Assembly (NCBI GenBank): GCA_020137815.1
Contig: CM035357.1
Coordinates: 1,922,001-1,986,000, forward strand
Direction of reading: 5' to 3'
Source of the DNA: Hormiphora californensis
Taxonomy: Eukaryota > Animalia > Ctenophora
DNA: 64,000 bases
Positions 1 to 12,431 of the stretch are shown here, in pieces (the first letter of the stretch is position 1; the number at the start of each line of letters is the position of its first letter). Both the position numbers and the translations under genes were made by a program. Below the pieces are notes generated by a model. It did not search any database. It had not been told where the DNA came from and saw only the letters and a list, made by a program, of their open reading frames with translations.

Positions 1-1
1 C

Positions 2-301
2 GTGGACAATTACATTAAAAATTATAATAATAGATCTCAAATGCATCATCTTTTTTATTCTGTTTATGACGAAAAGTATTACCCTAACCGATTTTATTGT
101 GAGAAATCGGATGCCATTTGGGTGACATCGGATAAGATGTGTAACGGGTTTAAAGACTGCGAAAACGGTCAAGACACACACCTTCCGACAAATAATTTCA
201 TAATGTTAACGGATAATGTTTTCGATGGTACAGCACAATTTCTTCAAAGTTATTATAGGTCACACCGATATCACACCCTATACTTCTCTGGGTATCAATA
301 A
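2..301 (+). other. ORF fragment with an LDL-receptor class A-like motif; partial or degenerate exon at the window edge
   Basis: FYCEKSDAIWVTSDKMCNGFKDCENGQD resembles LDLa (F-x-C...C-[DN]-G-x-x-D-C-x-x-G-x-D-E); the terminal E and last Cys are missing. Confidence 0.35.
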
Positions 302-447
302 AATTAAAACGTTAAACGAGTGTGAACAATACAAAGCTCACTAAAGTCACGATAATAAAAGTGATATTTTAGCAATTGAAGCGTCAACATACGACATCTT
401 ACAGTTTGTGTGCTGAAGTTGCCACAGCCTATAGACTATAGAGTCCA

Positions 448-450
<3 letters not shown>

Positions 451-546
<96 letters not shown>

Positions 547-550
547 CCTC
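451..550. repeat. (CT)n microsatellite
   Basis: about 100 bp of near-perfect CT dinucleotides. Confidence 0.97.
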
Positions 551-3189
551 TCACATTTTCACCACCGTATTCTGTATCACAAGATTCCTCACATTACTCT
601 CCTCTCCCTCCGCTACTAGTATCATAATCCTCGGCAGAAAGATGGCCAGTAGAAACGCCATGCTAGCTAGAAACATGACGATAGCTCGGAGAAGAGCCTT
701 CAACAGGGGATCAGCTAAGGTATACCCCGTTAAAAACATGACACAACACAGCAATACTATGAGTGTTGCAGTGAAAATGTTGAGCGTTTCCTTGAAATTG
801 TGTGGAAACAGGCGCATTCTGAAGGCCATGATGAGGGAGAGGAGGAGAAGGGATATTGGCAGTAAGACAGGAATCATAGCAGTTACCATGGCAACTGTTT
901 CCGTAGCAACGGTACATATGGGGTTGATTACATCATGGGGTGTCGCCTGGTAATCCAGACGGACCCAACCTGGCCCAAGGACGACCAAGTTGAGAAACAC
1001 TAAAAACAGGACGGTGATTTGGCTGAAAATGTTGATGCTGAGCTGTCCTTTCTTTTTAAGTAAAAAGGAACATTTCGGAGTATCAAAGTTTTCCGAGCTG
1101 GTAAAAATTCCGTAGATTTTCCAGCACTTCCACGCTAGGTTAGTAGTGGTCATGGTGGTGAAGAGGATAAACAGGGTGTACTCAAGAGAGCACAGGCTGG
1201 CTGATAGAAGGGGGACAATTGAAGCTACGAATCCAATCATCAGACTAACTAGAACAGTGTAGAGGTATCCCACATCGGATGCTTTGATTACTGGACGAGC
1301 CTCATTACGGTAAATCACAACTCCGAACGAGATCGCTATCACCTCACCCACCGCGGACAAGAATATGCCACTGTATAGGAAGACTTTGCGTTGGCTAATG
1401 TGCTCCACTTCCACGGTGATACAAGATGTACCGTTGTCGGTACTGGATTGGTTGTCATGACAACTGCTACACGCCGCTGCGTTAGTTGTCATGGAGAATG
1501 TGTTAAGGGAACACTCAACACACTTCCAACAACAGGGTAACTCCGCAACATCATCGCCGGTGAAAAGCCGGTATGATCCAGGGGTGCAGTCTGCGGAACA
1601 CGTTCGCCCATGGGTTAGTCCAGATAGAAGGTCCGGGTTGGTGATATCAAGGTGATCAGGGGTGACCTTGCCAGCGATACCAGATCTCCCATCTGGACGG
1701 GAGATGAAGATGTCGTATCCGAACTGGATCACTCTGTCCTCAATGTTACCGTGGAGGGTTATATTTCTACCAAGCTCAACAGTTATATTGTCTTCTGTTG
1801 AGATGATCTTGGAGTAGAGAATGTTACGGAGAGCCATTGGACATTCAGGTGTTTGTGTTTCAAGTACTTCGGTAAGTTGTTCAATCAAAACTTGGGCCGA
1901 TATTTTGAAGAAGGGTACCCAACTACTAACAGTACATGGTCCATCGTCACATATGGAATCTTGTGCCTCTATGTAGTACTGATCTAACACCTCTCCAGTC
2001 TCATTCCAAGGTGCCGACAGAACCTCATTAATCTCAGGAATTTCAGCGTTGAGCAGTGCATGTGCGGTAAACAGAAGAGTGTTGGTAGACCCGATGATGT
2101 CTTTAAAGGATTCTACGTACTCATAACGGGACAAACTTGTCCCGAAGACGAACATCTTGTTCCGGAACCCTAGTTCATTCACCATGTATTCCAGTGTGAT
2201 CTTGGCTTGAGTTAGGCTATTATCTAGAAACACTTGAACATCAGCAACTGGTTCGTTTGTAGTTGCGTATGTCGCCTCAACTTCCCGTATCGCCTGATCT
2301 GTACCTGTCATTAGGGGTTTGTGGTAAAGTCTGATTTTATTGAAGTTGTCGCCCCCCAGCCCCAACTCATGCGTGTATGATATTTATAATTTTAAGGGGT
2401 AACAACTTTCAAAAATCATACTTTTAATGTTAACCGCTCACCTGTTAGTTGTGTTAGCCGGGCACAAAAACCCTGTCCCTTCTCCCTGTGTTTCTCGAAG
2501 ACGTACAGGGCATTATCCTCAGAGTAACTGTGATACCAGATATCAATGAACCGGTAATCAAAGTACTCCAGCAAGTGTAGAACCAACTTCCCTTCATTGA
2601 CCTCCGTGTCAATCATGGATATGAGGGTTGGGAAGTTGTCCGAGGTACTCAGCTCGGAGTCAAAGAAGTAGGATGCAAAAGTTGGGACTGAGAATGATGT
2701 TAGGGTGCTTGCGGCGTATTTTGTTAGATTCGCCCGATCTGGAGCGGTTGCTCCGACCACTTTTTCAACCCGAGCTATATTCGCAGCAGCAACACCGGTC
2801 TTTGGTAGATCCAGGCAACCATCGTAGATGAGATAGCCTAGGGTGGCATTTGTGCGTCGATAAAACTCCCCTGAAGCCCTCAGAACTGTGTCACGGTAGG
2901 CAAGGGCTCGTTGCAAACCTGATAGCGAGTTTGTTTCGAAAACGCACTCTTTCGTTCCGTTAACTGATATCATTGTTCTGGTATTGAATATCCCAGCAAG
3001 TATATAATCGCCATCCTTAGAGGCTAGGATTGAATCGGTGCTGCCACTGCAGGTGTTGTTTGTGTTTCCTAACCCGACACTCTGGCCAGAAGAAGAAGGA
3101 TTGTTGTTTGTAGTTGTTATACAGCTGGTTGGGACACTCCATAATGTACACCAGGAATATAGGAGTAGGATCAATAGGATACGATACAT
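551..3189 (-). CDS. Class C GPCR (mGluR/CaSR-like): signal peptide, Venus flytrap, Cys-rich domain, 7TM; exons 3189-2442 and 2304-551, about 833 aa
   Basis: GDYILAGIF and GYLIYDGC (VFT), CSADC...PCCWKCVEC...C (nine-Cys domain), PVIKAS and PHNFKET 7TM motifs; phase-1 GT-AG intron 2441-2305 joins the two ORFs in frame. The stop overlaps a possible donor (GTGAGA), so a further 3' exon is possible. Confidence 0.92.
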
Positions 3190-4343
3190 GTGTGCAGCTA
3201 TAATAATGTAATGATCAGATACACTTTACTAGGTGTCTTAAAAACCAGACATCTATTTTAAAGCAGATCTAGAATGGAGTATTGTAGAGAGTGCTCACTG
3301 CTCTATCCAGGAGTGTGAACATGGCTATTAACAAAATAGACGAGCAATTTTCAAAAAGTACAATTGTTTCACAATATTGAAGTAGATCTAGATAGACGAT
3401 AGAGCTCAAAAAGTACGTAGTGAATACCATTAAATAGAAACGTGGGGGTGTAGGGAGAGATACAGCTAGGACAGAGACTGAGACTAAGACATAGACAGAG
3501 AGAGCAACCCGGTGTGGAGGACCCAAAAACCAGTCCTGCCACACATATAATGGCAGCATAAATCACGTGAAACTGCTTCTGAAAGTATACAGGTAACGCA
3601 TATAACGGTCCGCAGCTTATTCATGTTCCGTGGACTATATTTGGGCGGGTGTCTGAAGGACTATTGTTTTAATTTTTTGTGTGTGAAAACGTTTGCATGT
3701 ACCCTGTTCTTAGAGTTCTTAGATGAAAATATGTTATATTCGTACAAACAATAAAGAGTCTGGCTGCGTTGAGAAGCTATAAGGAGACGAGTGTATAACA
3801 CTCTCTACTTATTTCCTTAGTCTCAAGGGACTGCGTTCTGACTCTCTAAACAATAGTATTAATGGAATAGATAACTAATACACGTACAACTAGTCGTACC
3901 GCTGATGACCCCATATATAAGATACACCGAGAATTATACACACACAAGCTATATGGTGCGTCTCGCATGTTTTAGCTCGATGTTCAAAAGTTACTCTAGT
4001 ATCTATCAAAGGAGTAACCACATAATTTTTCAAGAAAATCCCTGCTGTTTTCTCCCACCTCACGACAATCGGTAAGCTTAAAAGTCTACAGCTGCGGTAA
4101 TGATAGCATATTTAATTGTTCCGTTTTGAGACCACAATTTCGCTGATCTGAACGTGTAAAACGGAAATGTCTAGCATAAATTATTTCAATGCTGACATGT
4201 TTCAGGAAGACCGTTGATGGGAGAACAATCAGCTGACTATATTGCTCACCGGTTAGAATTATTCGGGGCCTGGCACCAGCTCAACATATGACACCAGCTC
4301 AAAATGACATGGACTCAACATGAAACCGTGGTGTCATTAATTG

Positions 4344-4383
4344 ACCAATTAATTGAGTCGGTGCACCGACTCAATTAATTGGT
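4344..4383. repeat. perfect 40-bp palindrome
   Basis: ACCAATTAATTGAGTCGGTGCACCGACTCAATTAATTGGT equals its own reverse complement. Confidence 0.9.
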
Positions 4384-4453
4384 TTCCTGTTAACGAGGAA
4401 ACAGTAAATGAGAAATGGCCTATCACAATCAAAGAACTCTGACCATTTGTAAA

Positions 4454-5717
4454 ATGTCGTTTGGTATCCCTTTTAACAGTGCAATTGGGTGCGAGCGTAT
4501 TGATGATTTGACGAAGTTGCTAGTTCCACGACAAGTGTTGGCCCACTACAGAGCAGGTGAGGTACTTACTAATCAGTGCTTATTTATAAACACTCAATCT
4601 ATATTGTCGTTCTGTCAATAGGAGCCCACCGGGATTTTGTCTTTAATTATGCATCGTGTATACTGATTTTTATCCTTTTTCAAATCAGTATTCTACGAGG
4701 AGGGATCTAAATCCGTGAGGGATTCAATTTCCTTGACTGCTGATGTCGTGCTTGTTGTTTTTGCCAACATGGGCTACAACAAAGTTACTAAACAGAGTGT
4801 GATGAAGTGAGTTAATAAATAATGATAGTGGTATTTCCTTGGCCCTTGCTAGGTGATACAGATATACGTTGATGTCAAATCCCTATCCCATTATTTTGCC
4901 TTAATTTACTCTAAATAAGCCCATTTAATTAAGAGGCTCTATCTTGTCATTACAGTGCCCTAACAAAGCTGGTCGATGCCACCAAGAAGGCAAATCAAAA
5001 GAAGGGAAAGAGCTTTGACGATTATGTTTTGAAACTAAGCAGCCAGTTGTTTATGGCAGGGACCAGGAACTTTGGAAAGGTAAATTAGAATCACCCAGTG
5101 TTGATTGATGTTTCGATGAGTTTTGATCAATTTAATGGAGCCCGGTCATGACCCAAAATCACAGGTGACGCAAAGACAGTGGGAAACCCGGTATATCATA
5201 GTATATCATAGTATATCATAGTATATCATAGTCAATTAGTGGTGTTGCTGTATAAATCAGTCACTATTATCACACATTTCAATAACGGTGTCCCCCCCCC
5301 CCATAATAACAGACGCTTATATCACGACAAACAGCGCAGAGTACAGCTACTGAACCAACAGCACCCCCAACCACCCAAACTTCAACTCGATTACGCCCCA
5401 TTCGGACAACCTTCCACAAGGTATAAAGCTGGGCTTGCTCGACCCTCTATCTCTCGCCGTGCCGGCCGCCACTTTATTGCAAAGGATGGTCAGAATATAG
5501 CAAGATAATTCTCTGTACTGGGCTTTTCTTTTTTCCAACTTCAAGCTAACCAAAGTCATCAAATTAATTTCTCTTTCAGATATTTGAGAGCGAAGACTCT
5601 ATCGATCAGTGTAATGACAGCAGGAGGTCAAGAAGGATACTAAGCGGAGATGAAGACTACGAAGTTAACTTATCTGATCAGGACAGTAGTGATAGTGATG
5701 ATGACACGACATTCTGA
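4454..5717 (+). CDS. Uncharacterised four-exon protein with acidic tail (exons about 4454-4556, 4689-4807, 4956-5079, 5580-5717)
   Basis: Three GT-AG introns of phase 1, 2 and 0 give a continuous frame MSFGIPFNSAIG...LLVPRQVLAHYRAVFYEEG...DSSDSDDDTTF*; start codon uncertain. Confidence 0.6.
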
Positions 5718-6269
5718 TAAACTGTATTTAGCGAAAGTGTTTTCACAATCTATAAACCTGTCAGAGCATTGGCCTGGCTGCAGTCAGAGCAATGGCCTGA
5801 CTGCGGTCAGAGTATTGGTCTGATAGATCTAGAGCCCTTTTATAATTTATAAATTATAGATTCATAGATTCTATGGATTGTTTCAATTAAAGAGAAACAA
5901 CGATTTTGCAGTACTAATATTCAATTAAGAACAGGAGCTTTCGACTGATCTATGTCAGACGTCTTCATGGATTGTTTCCATTTATATATTAGTACTGTTT
6001 ACCTGTATTGTAGTTGGTTACAGTGTGCAGTTTGCCATTCGAAAATAGTGTCCAATACCCTTGCTCCAACCTAAAGGGAGAAAGAGAGATTTATGAAAAC
6101 AATGCGAATTCTTAATTATTGTTGATGGTCCTTGTCCCGGAGAAAATTCTTAATTATATTTTGTTATTAGTAGTCTTTACAGATTTGTTTTGCTAGCAAC
6201 CGGCCCCGCTCAACATTTTAGATTATTGAACCGACCGATTTAGTACCATTACATCTTGTTAGATACCTA

Positions 6270-6683
6270 CCTCAAACAGAGGGAGTGTTGGACATTAGGG
6301 TACATGTCAGTAGATACCATGAAAAATGTTGACGGTGATTCTACCTGGAAAAACACAGAGAGTTATAACATTATGTAATCCTATAGTTGTCTTACAAAAG
6401 ACTTCCCTCTCCGAACCAGCGTCTGTGATGTTACAGTCATGTAGTATGACATATCCTAGATATCTTACTACTTATAAATGGAAATTGTCTTTCGCAACGA
6501 AGTAATACAGCTGTATTTTGGACGTATTTTGGAAATTGTCTTGCAGAATTTCCACGTGCATATTGAGGGAGGGGGGATGCATACCTGGAGTACTTCAGGG
6601 GGGTTAAGTAGAACATGCAGCATTCCATAGTCCAGAAAAGGTCCTGGACCCAGGTCTCTGAATGTTGCACATACCGTCAGTTC
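6270..6683 (-). CDS. Possible internal exons of an unidentified gene
   Basis: Three AG/GT-bounded segments splice in frame (LTVCATFRDLGPGPFLDYGMLHVLLNPPEVLQ / TLVRRGKSF / VESPSTFFMVSTDMYPNVQHSLCL); no homology recognised; boundaries approximate. Confidence 0.3.
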
Positions 6684-7632
6684 TGGTGGGAAGATATAGG
6701 ATATTTAGTCGGAGACACGTCTAAGATAGGAGATTATGAGGCACTTTATGATACCAGAAAACATCAGGAGGTGGTTGTACAGTGTACACTGCACAAGTCA
6801 GTGCTGAATGTTAACCCTGATTTTGGTGGTAGTAAATCGTGTTATATGTGTAATGTAGATCTGTCAGGACAATGCTCTGACCACAGTTCTCGTGCGCTCT
6901 GCGGTCAGGTCAATATGCTCTGACAGATGTAGATTTAAATCTGTCACATAGGTCGGGGAGACCATAGCAAATGATTTAGTACAATTTCTTGTAGCCATTG
7001 ATTACGTGTGCCACACTGCCACACTGCTTCACTTTGACACTCTTTGGCTCCCTAAATAAGTAGCTGACATTACCAGCACATGTGTACCTTGGTTACCTAG
7101 CAACATCAGTTATTATCGCCAGCCAGGTCTTTAAAACGCTACCTAACCAATGAACGCCCTTCAAAGCTACTTGATCCGCACGTGTTGGTAATGTTTTTTC
7201 GCTGATCTGTCCAAGTATGTGCTGTCTTTAGCTTTCTACTTATAGTCCTTCCAGTGCTCTCCATTTCGTTACAATCCCATCCGATATTTCAACCATACAA
7301 TATCCCATACAATATCTTAGAGAGAGACTAGAGAGTCAGGGTTGAGAGCTGTTACTTTCTTGTGTAACTCCGGACAATTACTAAGAAAGGGGAATATGCC
7401 GCACAGAGGAAGCAAAAAAAGAGAGTATTTTTGCACTGTTCGCATTGAGTTGGCTTCTAACCAGTATTGAAATTGTTGAAAACGACTAAAATGATGATCT
7501 TTGCTGATTGTTCGCCTCTTGCCACTCCCTTCTCCTCCGAAGGGATCCACCCTACCAGATTGATTGTTCTGCTCAACTCAAATTGACTCTTTATTTGCCA
7601 CTCATTCACTCCTCCGTTTTCTAGATCAGCAG

Positions 7633-8967
7633 ATGGCAGTGTTCAGTGAGGGTGGTGTAACACATCCTGACTTCCTAATCTTCCTCTGCTCCCTTCTACT
7701 TCTCCTCCTAGCAGTCACCCTCAACTCATTTGTCCTCCATCGCAACTACAAGAAACGTCCCTCCCTACCCCGGACTCTGTACATAATACTGGCCATTGCG
7801 GATATTTTGGTATGTGCAACCTTCTCAGTCGGATCCGCTTACTCTTCCTACACCCCAAAAATCAATAAGACCATCATCCAATGCGCTAAGAATGAAACAT
7901 ATAATGAAGTAATGTATGATGATTACTACTATATATGTGCAATTCAGCAAGCTAGATATATAACACTTGATAAACAAGTATTCACTGTTTTAGCATTTGG
8001 TGGCCAGTTAGCACCGGCCATAGTAACGGGAGTTTTCACCACAATACGGTTCATCAGCATCAGATTTCCTCTCCGCATCATAAACAAGAAGATGATTTTT
8101 GTGTTCCTGGGTGTCACAATTCCTTTTGCCTTTGTGGTTTTCATTGTTTGTTTCGCTGATACCGGAACATTCGAAACATCTTATCCCATCGCCCTGAACA
8201 TAGCCATGCCCCGGTTGGGTATGGATAAGCCTAGTAACATTGATAGCGGTGAAGGAGCACCTATGGGAAGAATGATAATGCTGAAAGGTGATGGAGGCAC
8301 AGGAGGTAAAGATGGAGGGAAGGATAATGGTGGAGGTATGTCGAATACCAGTGACAGTTCCGGAAAGGATAGTGGTGGGGGTGGAGGCAATAGTGGTGGG
8401 AGCGGAGGCAATGGTTCGACTGGAGGCAATGGTCCAAGCATGACGGAATTAGATTGCGGAGGGGACATGGGTGAATCCTGTTCAAATTACATCACTACGG
8501 TTATATCCCATATCATCGCCATATCCCCCACTCTGGCTATCCAACTGGTAGGACTGGTGGCTACTGGTCTCACCATCTGCCATCTCCTAAAGATGCACTA
8601 CAAACCAGATGTAACCGGGAGTAACCGACCCCGATCACACATCAAAGGAACCATCAAACTCCTGATCATGAATCTTGGTAGTCTCCTGTCATTCATTCTC
8701 TTCATTACAGTCATTGCCATGGCCGATGCCATCTCGAATGCGTCCAATGATGGCCGTTATGGGGAGTTTGTTGAGTCTTTTATCTTCCAGTATTTTACAT
8801 TCCAGCTCCTGCCAACCCTCACCTCCACCCTCAATCCACTGCTGTACATCGCCTTCACCAACGACACAGTGCTACCAAGTTGCCTGACCAGGTGGCATAA
8901 GAAGAAGACCCCCAGGACAGGCAACTCGACAATGGCTTCTAGGACAAGGGAGACTGTACTTAACTGA
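7633..8967 (+). CDS. Intronless rhodopsin-like (class A) GPCR, orphan, with Gly/Ser-rich second extracellular loop
   Basis: Seven hydrophobic segments, LAIAD (TM2), IRFISIRFP (DRY-equivalent), NPLLY (NPxxY); ATG at 7633 follows a pyrimidine tract plus AG. Confidence 0.9.
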   Translation: MAVFSEGGVTHPDFLIFLCSLLLLLLAVTLNSFVLHRNYKKRPSLPRTLYIILAIADILVCATFSVGSAYSSYTPKINKTIIQCAKNETYNEVMYDDYYYICAIQQARYITLDKQVFTVLAFGGQLAPAIVTGVFTTIRFISIRFPLRIINKKMIFVFLGVTIPFAFVVFIVCFADTGTFETSYPIALNIAMPRLGMDKPSNIDSGEGAPMGRMIMLKGDGGTGGKDGGKDNGGGMSNTSDSSGKDSGGGGGNSGGSGGNGSTGGNGPSMTELDCGGDMGESCSNYITTVISHIIAISPTLAIQLVGLVATGLTICHLLKMHYKPDVTGSNRPRSHIKGTIKLLIMNLGSLLSFILFITVIAMADAISNASNDGRYGEFVESFIFQYFTFQLLPTLTSTLNPLLYIAFTNDTVLPSCLTRWHKKKTPRTGNSTMASRTRETVLN

Positions 8968-8991
8968 ATTGTAAAACTCCTTCGCTATATA

Positions 8992-9964
8992 CGTGGGCCA
9001 ATAAAAAGGGAGGGTCTTAAATCTTAGATTTCTCCGGCACCTTAGTTCCAGTGGTTCTGAAATTTTGACACAATGTTGTTGAGCTTATGCCAGATATGTG
9101 TACAGAGTTTCAAGTCCAAAAATGAAAAAAATTCATTAATGAACCTAAATTCATGTGTTTAGGCCAATGTAGGTTTTCTCTATTCGGTTTTTTTCGTTTT
9201 TAGGGACTTCGTTTGCACTCCACACCGGATATGTGATACTGGGTACAACAAAGGACATTCGAGAGCTATTGCAATCTTGCTAACATGATTTTGTCACACC
9301 CTGATGACGTTTTTTCTTGCTTACATGGAGGTCACATGACGCTTGTTGTTACCAATCAGTATAGGCAATGGTAAGCTTCCATTAGCAAGGTTTCGATTTA
9401 GTAATGTCTCAACTAACGGTTTATTTATGAACTATCGGTTTGATGTTAATTTATACAGTTATTAACGAAAAATTAAAAATTTTTAAAAAAATCGGAAATT
9501 TAAAAAAAAATAATTTAAAAAAAATTAAACAGTTTTTCATACCAGAATGAACTTAAATGATTAAAGCATAACCCAGCTAGGTTTTAATTTCATCTCTACA
9601 GTGCAAATCTCTCATTTTCAGCGAAAATATGATTTTTGAAAAAATGATCATTTTTAATTCATTAATTTCACCCACTAAACTTTATTCATTTTCAATGAAA
9701 ATTCAGATTGCCATTGATAAATGTAAATACTATTGAGTGGCTGCAATTTTGCGATCCAAATCGACTTGGAACAAGGTAAAACCTTCAATTAACTTTAAAA
9801 AAAGGAATTTAGGTTCATTAATGAATTTCTGCATTTTTGGACTTGAAACTCTGTACACATATCTGGCATAAGCTCAACAACATTGTGTCAAAATTTCAGA
9901 ACCATTGGAATTAAGGTGCCGGAGAAATCTAAGATTTAAGACCCTCCCTTTTTATTGGCCCACG
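8992..9964. mobile_element. Non-autonomous DNA transposon with about 160-bp TIRs, Tc1/mariner-like ends
   Basis: CGTGGGCCAATAAAAAGGGAGGGTCTTAAATC...GAACCTAAATTC is mirrored at about 9806-9964; TA dinucleotides lie just outside; AT-rich non-coding interior. Confidence 0.88.
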
Positions 9965-11882
9965 CGGTAAGTCAGTTAAAGTTTAGCAGTGTGATTCTTT
10001 CAAACAAACAATATTGGACTTTAAAGCTATCGGACAGAAGCTCTACAGCATCGACAGAAGGCGTATTTTCAGCCGATGTTTTATGTGATAATCCTGGAGA
10101 CAACATTGGTCGCATATTCTAATGAAAGGGAGTATTTGATATTCCCTGATGCTGCTGCTGCGGCAGGTGATCGTACAGACTTTGATGTAATATTTGCTAA
10201 ACTATCATGAATGTCGCACCCTTTGACGTAAAGATAAGTTATTATTGTTGTATCTTGCTATTCGTTATATTTTACCTGTTAAACCCTGAAGAATGTTGCC
10301 CTCAAACGTTGCAACCGTCTTGTTGCTCATCAAAACCTTCTTCTTCGGAACAGACACACCTACAATAAGAAGCAATTGTAAAAACTGGGGTTCATATGAG
10401 TATAGCTAGGGGTCTAAGTAAACCTACGGCAAATCTTGGAATAATATGAAGGGATACGGATTACGGATATTTGAATTATTGTTTTCAGGGTACCTTCTGA
10501 GACAAAACAAGAAGGACATGCCTTAAAACAAACCTTTTAGTTCCTCATCACTCTTCCCAATACACTCGTCTGAAAACCTGGTGTACTCACAGGAGACAGT
10601 ACAGAGGTGGTAAAAAGGGACAACCCCATCATTACAGCTACCATCACCTGGTGGATAATTTCATTTGGTAAGAGCGGTTGCCATGGGCGTGAACTCCCGT
10701 TGGGAATCCTACGCACAAGTTCTAATCACTTAGTGATACCAGCACCACTTTAGTGAGGGTCGTGAGTGATTTTAGAGATGGAGGGGAGGTATTACTATCG
10801 AGGATGTACGGAGTTGTCTCTCTCCGAACCGAACCGAGCAGTGTGCGACGTGCGTGATGTTATGGTCATGAAGAATGGCCAATGGCCATTGGCCATGGAT
10901 GGAGGGAATTTTTAGCCGACCATAATTTTCAATTTTCATAATTTTCAAGTTTCCTTCTTCTATACTTTACGGAATATTACTAGGGTGCTAAAGTAGGGAA
11001 TGGATCGTGGTAGTAGGGGATGTAAGGGGATGGAGTGGAGGCTGGATATCATCTCATTGGAGCTGTAGAGGCTGTCAGAGCGCGTGAGAACTGTGGTCAG
11101 AGCATTGGCCTGACAGTGTAGAGGTATATTTAGATGGAATGAATTCTATGAGATCTATAGGTACAGATCTCTACCGATTCAGAGTGGAGATAGAGTGGAG
11201 TCGAGAGTAATGAACTGCTATATATAATAGTTGTTAGGAGGCCCTGATAAACTATAGTTATTCTAGCTCGATATATTGATAAAGACTAAAGAGCGAGAGA
11301 ACACATTGTCATGGTTCTCAATTATCACTTTGTGAGTCAGTGCACCGCTTTAACACATAACTTATCACGGTCATGTTAATTTGACAATAGGGAGTGCATT
11401 GTTTAGGTTTGAGTGAGTATAAATTTTGAAGGTTAAACTTTGCACCACGTGGTTCCTTCCTCTGTCTATTTTGAACCTATATTATGGGTACGCCATCTCG
11501 TAGCCTGTGTTGTTATGTTCTAACCCTTCCTCGCAAAAAGAGGGTCGAGCTAGGCAAGCCTGGTGTTAAACTCAAAGACACACACGACAAGCTCCATAGG
11601 ACGTCTTTTGTTATATATCGAACAGGATAACCTTTATTTGATGCGGCTCATGAAATATTTCTAGTTATAAAACCTGAGCAGTAAATAATACTGGATAAGC
11701 ATAGTACTGGATAGTATAAGTCTATGGGATGTCATTCCTTGCAGATGAAGTTCTCGCGGGGCTCAATATTTAATGTGGTGCTCCTTTATTTTAGTAGTAA
11801 AGGCCTCTACTGAACTGCTAAAATATTAGTCCAGTGCACTATATACCTATCTGATGTGGTGACTGGTGCTGTTCATTCTAAC

Positions 11883-12013
11883 AATCAGACCAACAGGTCC
11901 TGTTGGTCTGATGATCTGCCGAACCCTCACAGAGCGTGCTCCGCGCTCGCTCTATTTATCTGCCGAAATAAAAGTGCACTGTGAACTACACAACTGATGT
12001 CTGATGGTCTGAT
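11883..12013. mobile_element. Small MITE-like element
   Basis: AATCAGACCAACAG at left, CTGATGGTCTGATT at right; internal hairpin. Confidence 0.45.
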
Positions 12014-12431
12014 TATATGTTTTCATATGCCTTAGAAAACAACCTGCGGTACCCAAACAAGCCGGTACACGACATGCAACAAGCCGGTTTACTGTTATGA
12101 CAGGTCGACAGTTGTGTAATTTGTTATATTTATCTCGAGTATTCGTCGATTTCTCCTTTACAATTAAAATAGCTCCGTGAAGGACGCGTCCGGACTTAAT
12201 TATTAGATTTTTCGTGAACCCATTGCTGTGAACTTAGATAATGCTAGCTAGTACATACATATCTCACTGAGATAATATTATTCTCTCAGCTCTGCCTGTA
12301 TGCTCCTTTATGTCAACTTTACGCTCTCTTGACCTTTGAAAAATAACAATAAGGCGGGTAGAACTGCCTATTGTAAAATAAGGCGGGTAGGAAGTAGGCG
12401 AATATTCACAATATTTTCAGCCAACAGCAGG

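Noticed and set aside
4344-4383. GAGTCGGTGC resembles the 3' end of the SpCas9 tracrRNA/sgRNA scaffold
   Set aside because: Only 10 nt inside a palindrome; no other scaffold sequence or cas genes; eukaryotic context
10020-10650. Possible minus-strand exons
   Set aside because: Splice-like signals exist, but the joined frame has stops and no recognisable homology
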